Shown here: positions 43,901-59,239 of the stretch, one piece after another
Layout: each line of letters opens with the position of its first letter
Numbering within the stretch: position 1 is the stretch's first letter
Source of the DNA: the human T2T-CHM13v2.0 reference genome, Homo sapiens
Assembly: GCF_009914755.1 (NCBI RefSeq)
Contig: NC_060940.1
DNA: 64,000 nt
Direction: 5' to 3' (one strand)
Program-made: the position numbers and the translations under genes
The notes under the pieces: model-generated
Told to the model about the DNA's origin: nothing
Seen by the model: the letters and a program-made list of their open reading frames with translations, nothing else
The model's database searches: none

Positions 43901-46900
43901 TCCATTCGTTGATGATTCGATTCCCTTCAATGATGATTCCACTTGAGTTCATTCGATGATTCTATTCGATTCCGTTCGATGGAGATTCAATTCTCTTATA
44001 TTGGATGATTCCACTCGATTCCATTTGATGATTATTCCATTGGAGTCCACTTAGTGAATCCTTTAGATTCTACTCGAAGATGATTCCATTCGAGTCCATT
44101 CGATGATACCATTCAATTCCATTCGTTGATGCTTCCATTCAAGTGCATTCGATGATATCATTCGATTCCATTTGATGATAATTCCATTTGATTCCATGCG
44201 ATGATTCTATTCGATTCCATTCAATGATAATTCCATTCAATTCAGTGATTCCTCTGGACTCCATTTGATGATGATTCCATTCAATGATTCCATTCGATTC
44301 TATTCGAAAATGATTCCATTTGAATCCATTTGATGATGATTCCATTAGATTCCATTTGATGATTCCATTCGATTCCATTCGACGATGATTCCATTCGATT
44401 CCGTTTGATGATTCCATTCTATTCTATTCGATGATGATTCCATTCGATTCCATTCGATGATGATTGGATTCGATTCCATTTGATGATTTCATTTGATTCC
44501 ATTCGTTAATGATTTCGATCAATTCCATTCGATGATTCCATTCGATTCCATTCGATAATGATTACATCCGAGTCCATTCGATGATTCCATTTGAGCCTGT
44601 TCGATAATTCCATTTGAGTCCAACCAATGATTCCATTCATTTCCATTCAATGATTCCATTCGAGTCCATTTGATCATTCCGGTTGGGTCCATTCGATGTT
44701 GATTCCATTGGAGTGCATTCGATGATTCCATTCGAGTCCATTTTAGGATTTGATTCGAGTCCTTTCGATGATTCCATTCGATTCCACTCGATGATGATTT
44801 CATTCGAGTCCATTCGACACTTCCAATCGATTCCATTTGATGATTCCATTCGAGTCCAATTGATGATTCCATTCAATTCCATTCGATGATGATTCCGTAC
44901 GATTCCATTCTGTGATGATTCCTTGTGATTGCATTCAATGATGATTCCTTTCGATTGCATTCGATTATGATTCATTTCGTGTTCATTCTATGGTTCCACA
45001 GGTTTCCATTCGTGTCCATTCCATTATTCCATTCTATTCCATTTGATGATGATTCCATTCGATTCCATTCATTGGTGATTCCACTCAATTCCATTCAATG
45101 ATTCCATTCCATTTCTTTCAACAATGATTCCATTAGTTTCTAATCGATGATCCACTTGATTCCATTTGACGACGATTCCATTCTTGTCCATTCGATGATT
45201 CCATTTGATTCCATATGATGATGATTCCATTCGATTCCATACCATGATGATTCCATTCGAGTCCATTCAATGGTGATTCCATTCAATTCCATTCGATGAT
45301 TCCTTTCGATTCCATTCGATGATGATGGCATTCGATTCCTTTCAATCATTCCCTTTGATTCCATTCAAAGGTGATTTCATTCAAGTCCATTCGATAATTG
45401 CATTCGATTCCATTCTATGATGATTCCATTCGAGTCCATTTGATGATTCCATTCAATTCAAGTCAATGATGATTCCATTCGATTCCATTCGATGATTCCA
45501 TTGGATTCCATTCGATGATGATTCCATTCAAATCCATTCGATAATTCAATTCAAGTCCATTCGATGATGATTCCAATCGAATCCATTCAAAGATTCCATT
45601 CAGTTCCATTCGATGATTCCCTTAGATTCCATTCGATGATTCCACTTGATTGCATTTACGATGATTCCATTCGATTCCATGTGATGATTCCATTCAATTC
45701 TATTCAATGATGTCTCCATTTGATTCCATTCGACCATGATTGCCTTTGATTCCATTCAATGATTCCATTCGGTTCCGTTTGATGATGATTCCGTTCGATT
45801 CCATTTGATGATTCCATTGGATTCCATTGGATGAGTCCATTCGATTACATTCGATGATTATTCCATTCGAGTGCATTAGATGATTCCATTCGAGTCCATT
45901 CGATGATTCCATTCGATTCCATTCGATGTTGATTCTGTTCAAATCCATTCGATGATTCCACTCGATTCCATTCGTTGACTCCATTTGATCCCATTCGATG
46001 ATTTCCTTTGATTCCCTTTGATGATCATTCCATTTGATTCAATTCGGTGATTTCATTTGATTCCATTCAGTGATGTTTCCATTCGACTCCATTCGATGAT
46101 GATTCCATTCGACTCCATTCGATTATGATTTCATTCAATTCCATTCGATAATGATTCCCTTCGAGTCCATTCGATGATTCCATTCGATTCCATTCAACGA
46201 TGATTTGATTCGTGTCCATTCGATGATTCCATTTGATTCCACTTGATGATGATTCCATTCGAGTCCATTTGATGATTCCATTCAATTCCATACTCCGATG
46301 ATTTCTTTTGAGCCCACTCAATGCTTCCACTCGATTCCATATGATGATGACTCCATTCGATGAAATTCGATGATGATTCCATTCGCTTGCTTTCGATGAT
46401 GATTCCACTTGAGTCCGTTAGAAGATTCTATTCAATTACATTCCATGACGATTCCGTTCGAGTCCATTTGATGATTCCATTAGACTCCATTCGACGATGA
46501 TTCCATTCGATGTTATTCGATGATTCCATTCGATCTCATTCGATGATGATTCCATTCAACTCCATTCGATGTTTCCATTCGAGTTCATTCTATTATTCCA
46601 TTAGATTCAATTCGATGATGATTCCATTCGATTCCATTTGATGATTGCATTCTATTTCATTTGATGATGATTCCATTCGAGTCCACTCGATGATTCCATT
46701 CGAGTCCATTTAATGAATCCATTGGTTTCAATTCTATGATGATTACATTGGATTCCATTCGTTGATGATTTCATTCGGTTCCATTCAATGATGATTCCAT
46801 TCAATTCCTTTCAATGTTTCCATTCAATTCCATACGATGATGATTCCATTTGATTTGATTCGACAGTGAGCCATTCGATTCAATTCCATGATTATTCTAT

Positions 46901-47015
46901 TTGATTCAATTGGTTGACATTTCCATTCGATTCCATTCGATGATGATTCCCTTTGATTCCGTTCAACGATGATTCCATTCTAGCCCATTCAATCATTCCA
47001 TTCGATTCTATTCAA
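40904..47015 (+). repeat. 6,112-bp unit, copy 9 (full length, near-identical to copy 8)
   Basis: Landmark spacing 40945 to 47057 is 6,112, and the copy shares private variants with copy 8. Confidence 0.95.
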
Positions 47016-50000
47016 TGATGATTCCATTCATGTCGATTTGGTGATTCCATTTGACTTCATTTGATGATGATTCCTTTCAAGTTCATTAGATGATTCCATT
47101 CGATTCCATTTGATGATGATCCCATTCGAGTCCATTCAGTGATTCCATTCGTTTCCATTCCATGATGATTCCATTCCTTTCCATTCAATGATTCCATTCG
47201 ATTCCGTTTGATGATGATTTCATTCGAGTCCATTTGATGATTCCATTTGATTCCATTCGATGATGATTCCATTCGAGTCCATTCGATGATTCTATTCGAA
47301 TCCATTTGATGATTTCTTTTGATTATATTTGGTGATGATTCCATTGGAGTCCATTCAATGATTCCATTCTATTCCAATCGATGATGATTCCATTAGAGTC
47401 CATTTAATGATTCCATTTGATTCCAGTCTCTGATGATTACATTCGAGTCCATACGATGATTCCACTCAATTCCATATGATGATGATTCCATTTGATTCCA
47501 TTCGGTGATTCCATTCTATTCTATTCAATGGTGATTCCATTCGAGTACATTAGATGATTCCATTCGATTCCATTCAATGATGATTCTATTTGTGTCCCTT
47601 AGATGATTCCACATGATTCCATTACATGATGATACTATTTGAGCCCATCCAATGATTCCCTTCGATTCCATTCGATGAGGATTCCATTCGATTCAATTCA
47701 TTGGTGATTCTATTCAATTCAATTCTTTGATTCCATTCCATTCCATTCGACAATGATTCCATTCGATTTCTTTCGATGATTCCACTCGATTCCACTTGAC
47801 ATTGATTCCATTCGATTCCATTCATTGATTCCATTTGATTCCAGTGGGTGATGATTGCCATCGATTCCATTCGATCACTCCATTCTATTCCATTTGATGA
47901 TGATTACATTCGATTCCATTTGATGATTCCATCTGATTCTATTCGAGGATTCCATTTGATTCCATTCGATGATGATTCCATTCGAGTCCATTCGATGATT
48001 TCATTCGAGTACATCCAATGATTCCATTCGAGTCCATTAGATGATTCCATTTGATTCCATTTGAAAATGATTCTACTAGAGTCCATTCAATGACTCCATT
48101 CGAGTCCATTCAACAATTCCATTCGACTCCATTCGATGATTCCATTCGATTCCATTTGATGGTTCCATTCGAGTCCATTTAATCATTACAGTCGAGTCCA
48201 TTTGGTGATTCCACTGGATTTCTTTTGATAATGATACCATTCAATTGCATTTGATGATGATCCCATTCAATTTCATTTGATGATGATTCCATTAGAGTCC
48301 ATTCGATGATTTCATTCGAGTCCCTTCATTGATTCCATCCGATTTCATTGGATGATGACTCCATTCGAGTCCATTCGATGTTTCCACTCGATTCCATTAG
48401 ATGACTCCATTGGAGTCCATTTGATTGTTCCATTCGATTCCATTCGATTCCTTTCAAAGATTATTCCATTTGAGTCCATTCGATGATGATTCCATTCCAT
48501 TCCATTCGATGATTCCGTTTGATTCCATTCGATGATTCCCTTCGATTCCTTTCTTTGATGATTCCATTCCATTCCATTCAATGATTCCATTCGAATCTAT
48601 TCCATGATGATTCCTTTCGATTCCATTCGCTGATGTTTCCGTTCAATTCCATTCGATGATGATTCCATTCGATTCCATTCATTGAGGATTCCATTTGATT
48701 CCATTCAATGATGATTCCATTCTATTCCATTCAATGATTGCATTCAATTCCATTCAATGATTATCCCATTAGAGTAAACTCAACGATTCCATTCAATACC
48801 ATTCGATGATGATTCCTTTTGAGTCCATTCAATGATTTCATTCAAGTCCATTTGATGATTCCTTTCAATTCCATTCTATGATGATTCCATTCGAGTCCAT
48901 TCGATGATTCCATTCGATTGCATTCGATGATTCCATTATATTCCATTCAACGGTGATTCCATTCGAGTCCATTCCATGATTCCATTAGAGTACATTTAAT
49001 GATTGCTTTGTTTTCAATTCGAAGATGATTACATTGGATTCCATTCTATGATACCATTCGATTCCATTCAATGATGATTCCACTCAAATCCATTGGATGA
49101 TTCCATTCGTGTCCATTCGGTGATTTCATTAGATTCCATTCGAGGATGATTCCATTCGATTCCATTCGATGATTCCATTCAATTCCATTCGATGATGATT
49201 CCATTCCAGTCCATATGATCATTCCATTTGATTTCATTCGATGATGATTCCATTCGATTCGATTCGACGATTCCATTCTATTCCATTCGATGATGATTCC
49301 ATTCGAGTCCATTCGATCATTCCATTCGAGTCCATTTAATGATTCCATTGGGTTCAATTCAATGATGATTACATTGGATTCCGTTCTATGATTCCATTCA
49401 ATTCCGTTCATTGACAATTTGATTCCATTCGATGATGATTCCATTTGAGTTCATTCGATGATTCTATTCGATTCTCTTCGATGGTGATTCAATTCTATTA
49501 TATTGGATGATTCCATTCGATTCCATTTGATGTTGATTCAATTCGATTCTATTCGATGATGATTCCATTGGATTTCACTTGATGATTCTATTCGATTCCA
49601 TTCAATGATGATTCACTTCTCGTCCATTGGATGATTCCATTTCATTCCATTCGATGATGATTCCATTCGATTCCATTCGATGATTCCATTTGATTCCATG
49701 CGACGGTGAGCAATTCGATTCAATTCCATGATGATTCTATTTGATTCAATTAGATGATGTTTCCATTCGAATCCATTCCATGATTATTCCATTGGAATCC
49801 ATTCGGCGATGATTCCATATGAGTCAATTCAATGATGATTCCATATGGGTCCGTTCGATGATAATTCCATTTGATTTCATTCGATGCTTCTATTCTATTC
49901 CAGTCGATGATGATTCCGTTGGAGTCCATACGATGATTCCATTTGATTTCATTTGATGATGATTCCATTCGATGATGATTACATTGGATTCCATTCTATG

Positions 50001-53000
50001 ATTCCATTCAATTCCATTCGTTGATGATTCGATTCCATTCAATGATGATTCCATTTGAGTTCATTCGATGATTCTATTCGATTCCGTTCGATGGTGATTC
50101 AATTCTATTATATTGGATGATTCCACTCGATTCCATTTGATGATTATTCCATTGGAGTCCACTTAGTGAATCCTTTAGATTCTACTCGACGATGATTCCA
50201 TTCGAGTCCATTCGATGATACCATTCAATTCAATTCGTTGATGCTTCCATTCAAGTGCATTCGATGATATCATTCGATTCCATTTGATGATAATTCCATT
50301 TGATTCCATGCGATGATTCTATTCGATTCCATTCAATGATAATTCCATTCAATTCAGTGATTCCTCTGGACTCCATTTGATGATGATTCCATTCAATGAT
50401 TCCATTCGATTCTATTCGAAAATGATTCCATTTGAATCCATTTGATGATGATTCCATTAGATTCCATTTGATGATTCCATTCGATTCCATTCGACGATGA
50501 TTCCATTCGATTCCGTTTGATGATTCCATTCTATTCTATTTGATGATGATTCCATTCGATTCCATTCGATGATGATTGGATTCGATTCCATTGGATGATT
50601 TCATTTGATTCCATTCGTTAATGATTTCGATCAATTCCATTCGATGATTCCATTCGATTCCATTCGATAATGATTACATCCGAGTCCATTCGATGATTCC
50701 CTTTGAGCCTGTTCGATAATTCCATTTGAGTCCAACCAATGATTCCATTCATTTCCATTCAATGATTCCATTCGAGTCCATTTGATCATTCCGGTAGGGT
50801 CCATTCGATGTTGATTCCATTGGAGTGCATTCGATGATTCCATTCGAGTCCATTTTAGGATTTGATTCGAGTCCTTTCGATGATTCCATTCGATTCCACT
50901 CGATGATGATTTCATTCGAGTCCATTCGACACTTCCAATCGATTCCATTTGATGATTCCATTCGAGTCCAATTGATGATTCCATTCAATTCCATTCGATG
51001 ATGATTCCGTACGATTCCATTCTGTGATGATTCCATGTGATTGCATTCAATGATGATTCCTTTCGATTGCATTCGATTATGATTCATTTCGTGTTCATTC
51101 TATGGTTCCACAGGTTTCCATTCGTGTCCATTCCATTATTCCATTCTATTCCATTTGATGATGATTCCATTCGATTCCATTCATTGGTGATTCCACTCAA
51201 TTCCATTCAATGATTCCATTCCATTTCTTTCAACAATGATTCCATTAGTTTCTAATCGATGATCCACTTGATTCCATTTGACGACGATTCCATTCTTGTC
51301 CATTCGATGATTCCATTTGATTCCATATGATGATGATTCCATTCGATTCCATACCATGATGATTCCATTCGAGTCCATTCAATGGTGATTCCATTCAATT
51401 CCATTCGATGATTCCTTTTGATTCCATTCGATGATGATGGCATTCGATTCCTTTCAATCATTCCCTTTGATTCCATTCAAAGGTGATTTCATTCAAGTCC
51501 ATTCGATAATTGCATTCGATTCCATTCTATGATGATTCCATTCGAGTCCATTTGATGATTCCATTCAATTCAAGTCAATGATGATTCCATTCGATTCCAT
51601 TCGATGATTCCATTGGATTCCATTCGATGATGATTCCATTCAAATCCATTCGATAATTCAATTCAAGTCCATTCGATGATGATTCCAATCGAATCCATTC
51701 AAAGATTCCATTCAGTTCCATTCGATGATTCCCTTAGATTCCATTCGATGATTCCACTTGATTGCATTTACGATGATTCCATTCGATTCCATGTGATGAT
51801 TCCATTCAATTCTATTCAATGATGTCTCCATTTGATTCCATTCGACCATGATTGCCTTTGATTCCATTCAATGATTCCATTCGGTTCCGTTTGATGATGA
51901 TTCCGTTCGATTCCATTTGATGATTCCATTGGATTCCATTGGATGAGTCCATTCGATTACATTCGATGATTATTCCATTCGAGTGCATTAGATGATTCCA
52001 TTCGAGTCCATTCGATGATTCCATTCGATTCCATTCGATGTTGATTCTGTTCAAATCCATTCGATGATTCCACTCGATTCCATTCGTTGACTCCATTTGA
52101 TCCCATTCGATGATTTCCTTTGATTCCCTTTGATGATCATTCCATTTGATTCAATTCGGTGATTTCATTTGATTCCATTCAGTGATGTTTCCATTCGACT
52201 CCATTCGATGATGATTCCATTCGACTCCATTCGATTATGATTTCATTCAATTCCATTCGATAATGATTCCCTTCGAGTCCATTCGATGATTCCATTCGAT
52301 TCCATTCAACGATGATTTGATTCGTGTCCATTCGATGATTCCATTTGATTCCACTTGATGATGATTCCATTCGAGTCCATTTGATGATTCCATTCAATTC
52401 CATACTCCGATGATTTCTTTTGAGCCCACTCAATGCTTCCACTCGATTCCATATGATGATGACTCCATTCGATGAAATTCGATGATGATTCCATTCGCTT
52501 GCTTTCGATGATGATTCCACTTGAGTCCGTTAGAAGATTCTATTCAATTACATTCCATGACGATTCCGTTCGAGTCCATTTGATGATTCCATTAGACTCC
52601 ATTCGACGATGATTCCATTCGATGTTATTCGATGATTCCATTCGATCTCATTCGATGATGATTCCATTCAACTCCATTCGATGTTTCCATTCGAGTTCAT
52701 TCTATTATTCCATTAGATTCCATTCGATGATGATTCCATTCGATTCCATTTGATGATTGCATTCTATTTCATTTGATGATGATTCCATTCGAGTCCACTC
52801 GATGATTCCATTCGAGTCCATTTAATGAATCCATTGGTTTCAATTCTATGATGATTACATTGGATTCCATTCGTTGATGATTTCATTCGGTTCCATTCAA
52901 TGATGATTCCATTCAATTCCTTTCAATGTTTCCATTCAATTCCATACGATGATGATTCCATTTGATTTGATTCGACAGTGAGCCATTCGATTCAATTCCA

Positions 53001-53127
53001 TGATGATTCTATTTGATTCAATTGGTTGACATTTCCATTCGATTACATTCGATGATGATTCCCTTTGATTCCGTTCAAAGATGATTCCATTCTAGCCCAT
53101 TCAATCATTCCATTCGATTCTATTCAA
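47016..53127 (+). repeat. 6,112-bp unit, copy 10 (full length)
   Basis: Landmark spacing 47057 to 53169 is 6,112. Confidence 0.95.
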
Positions 53128-56100
53128 TGATGATTCCATTCATGTCGATTTGGTGATTCCATTTGACTTCATTTGATGATGATTCCTTTCAAGTTCATTA
53201 GATGATTCCATTCGATTCCATTTGATGATGATCCCATTCGAGTCCATTCAGTGATTCCATTCGTTTCCATTCCATGATGATTCCATTCCTTTCCATTCAA
53301 TGATTCCATTCGATTCCGTTTGATGATGATTTCATTCGAGTCCATTTGATGATTCCATTTGATTCCATTCGATGATGATTCCATTCGAGTCCATTCGATG
53401 ATTCTATTCGAATCCATTTGATGATTTCTTTTGATTATATTTGGTGATGATTCCATTGGAGTCCATTCAATGATTCCATTCTATTCCAATCGATGATGAT
53501 TCCATTAGAGTCCATTTAATGATTCCATTTGATTCCAGTCTCTGATGATTACATTCGAGTCCATACGATGATTCCACTCAATTCCATATGATGATGATTC
53601 CATTTGATTCCATTCGGTGATTCCATTCTATTCTATTCAATGGTGATTCCATTCGAGTACATTAGATGATTCCATTCGTTTCCATTCAATGATGATTCTA
53701 TTTGTGTCCCTTAGATGATTCCACATGATTCCATTAGATGATGATACTATTTGAGCCCATCCAATGATTCCCTTCGATTCCATTCGATGAGGATTCCATT
53801 CGATTCAATTCATTGGTGATTCTATTCAATTCAATTCTTTGATTCCATTCCATTCCATTCGACAATGATTCCATTCGATTTCTTTCGATGATTCCACTCG
53901 ATTCCACTTGACATTGATTCCATTCGATTCCATTCATTGATTCCATTTGATTCCAGTGGGTGATGATTGCCATCGATTCCATTCGATCACTCCATTCTAT
54001 TCCATTTGATGATGATTACATTCGATTCCATTTGATGATTCCATCTGATTCTATTCGAGGATTCCATTTGATTCCATTCGATGATGATTCCATTCGAGTC
54101 CATTCGATGATTTCATTCGAGTACATCCAATGATTCCATTCGAGTCCATTAGATGATTCCATTTGATTCCATTTGAAAATGATTCTACTAGAGTCCATTC
54201 AATGACTCCATTCGAGTCCATTCAACAATTCCATTCGACTCCATTCGATGATTCCATTCGATTCCATTTGATGGTTCCATTCGAGTCCATTTAATCATTA
54301 CAGTCGAGTCCATTTGGTGATTCCACTGGATTTCTTTTGATAATGATACCATTCAATTGCATTTGATGATGATCCCATTCAATTTCATTTGATGATGATT
54401 CCATTAGAGTCCATTCGATGATTTCATTCGAGTCCCTTCATTGATTCCATCCGATTTCATTGGATGATGACTCCATTCGAGTCCATTCGATGTTTCCACT
54501 CGATTCCATTAGATGACTCCATTGGAGTCCATTTGATTGTTCCATTCGATTCCATTCGATTCCTTTCAAAGATTATTCCATTTGAGTCCATTCGATGATG
54601 ATTCCATTCCATTCCATTCGATGATTCCGTTTGATTCCATTCGATGATTCCCTTCGATTCCTTTCTTTGATGATTCCATTCCATTCCATTCAATGATTCC
54701 ATTCGAATCTATTCCATGATGATTCCTTTCGATTCCATTCGCTGATGTTTCCGTTCAATTCCATTCGATGATGATTCCATTCGATTCCATTCATTGAGGA
54801 TTCCATTTGATTCCATTCAATGATGATTCCATTCTATTCCATTCAATGATTGCATTCAATTCCATTCAATGATTATCCCATTAGAGTAAACTCAACGATT
54901 CCATTCAATACCATTCGATGATGATTCCTTTTGAGTCCATTCAATGATTTCATTCAAGTCCATTTGATGATTCCTTTCAATTCCATTCTATGATGATTCC
55001 ATTCGAGTCCATTCGATGATTCCATTCGATTGCATTCGATGATTCCATTATATTCCATTCAACGGTGATTCCATTCGAGTCCATTCCATGATTCCATTAG
55101 AGTACATTTAATGATTGCTTTGTTTTCAATTCGAAGATGATTACATTGGATTCCATTCTATGATACCATTCGATTCCATTCAATGATGATTCCACTCAAA
55201 TCCATTGGATGATTCCATTCGTGTCCATTCGGTGATTTCATTAGATTCCATTCGAGGATGATTCCATTCGATTCCATTCGATGATTCCATTCAATTCCAT
55301 TCGATGATGATTCCATTCCAGTCCATATGATCATTCCATTTGATTTCATTCGATGATGATTCCATTCGATTCGATTCGACGATTCCATTCTATTCCATTC
55401 GATGATGATTCCATTCGAGTCCATTCGATCATTCCATTCGAGTCCATTTAATGATTCCATTGGGTTCAATTCAATGATGATTACATTGGATTCCGTTCTA
55501 TGATTCCATTCAATTCCGTTCATTGACAATTTGATTCCATTCGATGATGATTCCATTTGAGTTCATTCGATGATTCTATTCGATTCTCTTCGATGGTGAT
55601 TCAATTCTATTATATTGGATGATTCCATTCGATTCCATTTGATGTTGATTCAATTCGATTCTATTCGATGATGATTCCATTGGATTTCACTTGATGATTC
55701 TATTCGATTCCATTCAATGATGATTCACTTCTCGTCCATTGGATGATTCCATTTCATTCCATTCGATGATGATTCCATTCGATTCCATTCGATGATTCCA
55801 TTTGATTCCATGCGACGGTGAGCAATTCGATTCAATTCCATGATGATTCTATTTGATTCAATTAGATGATGTTTCCATTCGAATCCATTCCATGATTATT
55901 CCATTGGAATCCATTCGGCGATGATTCCATATGAGTCAATTCAATGATGATTCCATATGGGTCCGTTCGATGATAATTCCATTTGATTTCATTCGATGCT
56001 TCTATTCTATTCCAGTCGATGATGATTCCGTTGGAGTCCATACGATGATTCCATTTGATTTCATTTGATGATGATTCCATTCGATGATGATTACATTGGA

Positions 56101-59100
56101 TTCCATTCTATGATTCCATTCAATTCCATTCGTTGATGATTCGATTCCATTCAATGATGATTCCATTTGAGTTCATTCGATGATTCTATTCGATTCCGTT
56201 CGATGGTGATTCAATTCTATTATATTGGATGATTCCACTCGATTCCATTTGATGATTATTCCATTGGAGTCCACTTAGTGAATCCTTTAGATTCTACTCG
56301 ACGATGATTCCATTCGAGTCCATTCGATGATACCATTCAATTCAATTCGTTGATGCTTCCATTCAAGTGCATTCGATGATATCATTCGATTCCATTTGAT
56401 GATAATTCCATTTGATTCCATGCGATGATTCTATTCGATTCCATTCAATGATAATTCCATTCAATTCAGTGATTCCTCTGGACTCCATTTGATGATGATT
56501 CCATTCAATGATTCCATTCGATTCTATTCGAAAATGATTCCATTTGAATCCATTTGATGATGATTCCATTAGATTCCATTTGATGATTCCATTCGATTCC
56601 ATTCGACGATGATTCCATTCGATTCCGTTTGATGATTCCATTCTATTCTATTTGATGATGATTCCATTCGATTCCATTCGATGATGATTGGATTCGATTC
56701 CATTGGATGATTTCATTTGATTCCATTCGTTAATGATTTCGATCAATTCCATTCGATGATTCCATTCGATTCCATTCGATAATGATTACATCCGAGTCCA
56801 TTCGATGATTCCCTTTGAGCCTGTTCGATAATTCCATTTGAGTCCAACCAATGATTCCATTCATTTCCATTCAATGATTCCATTCGAGTCCATTTGATCA
56901 TTCCGGTAGGGTCCATTCGATGTTGATTCCATTGGAGTGCATTCGATGATTCCATTCGAGTCCATTTTAGGATTTGATTCGAGTCCTTTCGATGATTCCA
57001 TTCGATTCCACTCGATGATGATTTCATTCGAGTCCATTCGACACTTCCAATCGATTCCATTTGATGATTCCATTCGAGTCCAATTGATGATTCCATTCAA
57101 TTCCATTCGATGATGATTCCGTACGATTCCATTCTGTGATGATTCCATGTGATTGCATTCAATGATGATTCCTTTCGATTGCATTCGATTATGATTCATT
57201 TCGTGTTCATTCTATGGTTCCACAGGTTTCCATTCGTGTCCATTCCATTATTCCATTCTATTCCATTTGATGATGATTCCATTCGATTCCATTCATTGGT
57301 GATTCCACTCAATTCCATTCAATGATTCCATTCCATTTCTTTCAACAATGATTCCATTAGTTTCTAATCGATGATCCACTTGATTCCATTTGACGACGAT
57401 TCCATTCTTGTCCATTCGATGATTCCATTTGATTCCATATGATGATGATTCCATTCGATTCCATACCATGATGATTCCATTCGAGTCCATTCAATGGTGA
57501 TTCCATTCAATTCCATTCGATGATTCCTTTTGATTCCATTCGATGATGATGGCATTCGATTCCTTTCAATCATTCCCTTTGATTCCATTCAAAGGTGATT
57601 TCATTCAAGTCCATTCGATAATTGCATTCGATTCCATTCTATGATGATTCCATTCGAGTCCATTTGATGATTCCATTCAATTCAAGTCAATGATGATTCC
57701 ATTCGATTCCATTCGATGATTCCATTGGATTCCATTCGATGATGATTCCATTCAAATCCATTCGATAATTCAATTCAAGTCCATTCGATGATGATTCCAA
57801 TCGAATCCATTCAAAGATTCCATTCAGTTCCATTCGATGATTCCCTTAGATTCCATTCGATGATTCCACTTGATTGCATTTACGATGATTCCATTCGATT
57901 CCATGTGATGATTCCATTCAATTCTATTCAATGATGTCTCCATTTGATTCCATTCGACCATGATTGCCTTTGATTCCATTCAATGATTCCATTCGGTTCC
58001 GTTTGATGATGATTCCGTTCGATTCCATTTGATGATTCCATTGGATTCCATTGGATGAGTCCATTCGATTACATTCGATGATTATTCCATTCGAGTGCAT
58101 TAGATGATTCCATTCGAGTCCATTCGATGATTCCATTCGATTCCATTCGATGTTGATTCTGTTCAAATCCATTCGATGATTCCACTCGATTCCATTCGTT
58201 GACTCCATTTGATCCCATTCGATGATTTCCTTTGATTCCCTTTGATGATCATTCCATTTGATTCAATTCGGTGATTTCATTTGATTCCATTCAGTGATGT
58301 TTCCATTCGACTCCATTCGATGATGATTCCATTCGACTCCATTCGATTATGATTTCATTCAATTCCATTCGATAATGATTCCCTTCGAGTCCATTCGATG
58401 ATTCCATTCGATTCCATTCAACGATGATTTGATTCGTGTCCATTCGATGATTCCATTTGATTCCACTTGATGATGATTCCATTCGAGTCCATTTGATGAT
58501 TCCATTCAATTCCATACTCCGATGATTTCTTTTGAGCCCACTCAATGCTTCCACTCGATTCCATATGATGATGACTCCATTCGATGAAATTCGATGATGA
58601 TTCCATTCGCTTGCTTTCGATGATGATTCCACTTGAGTCCGTTAGAAGATTCTATTCAATTACATTCCATGACGATTCCGTTCGAGTCCATTTGATGATT
58701 CCATTAGACTCCATTCGACGATGATTCCATTCGATGTTATTCGATGATTCCATTCGATCTCATTCGATGATGATTCCATTCAACTCCATTCGATGTTTCC
58801 ATTCGAGTTCATTCTATTATTCCATTAGATTCCATTCGATGATGATTCCATTCGATTCCATTTGATGATTGCATTCTATTTCATTTGATGATGATTCCAT
58901 TCGAGTCCACTCGATGATTCCATTCGAGTCCATTTAATGAATCCATTGGTTTCAATTCTATGATGATTACATTGGATTCCATTCGTTGATGATTTCATTC
59001 GGTTCCATTCAATGATGATTCCATTCAATTCCTTTCAATGTTTCCATTCAATTCCATACGATGATGATTCCATTTGATTTGATTCGACAGTGAGCCATTC

Positions 59101-59239
59101 GATTCAATTCCATGATGATTCTATTTGATTCAATTGGTTGACATTTCCATTCGATTCCATTCGATGATGATTCCCTTTGATTCCGTTCAAAGATGATTCC
59201 ATTCTAGCCCATTCAATCATTCCATTCGATTCTATTCAA
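53128..59239 (+). repeat. 6,112-bp unit, copy 11 (full length, near-identical to copy 10)
   Basis: Landmark spacing 53169 to 59281 is 6,112. Confidence 0.95.

Noticed and set aside
38571-44889. Two plus-strand 68-aa ORFs unique to copies 8 and 9
   Set aside because: They arise from one TAG>TTG substitution (CCGGTAGG>CCGGTTGG) read as an alternative start. This is a lineage marker, not a gene.
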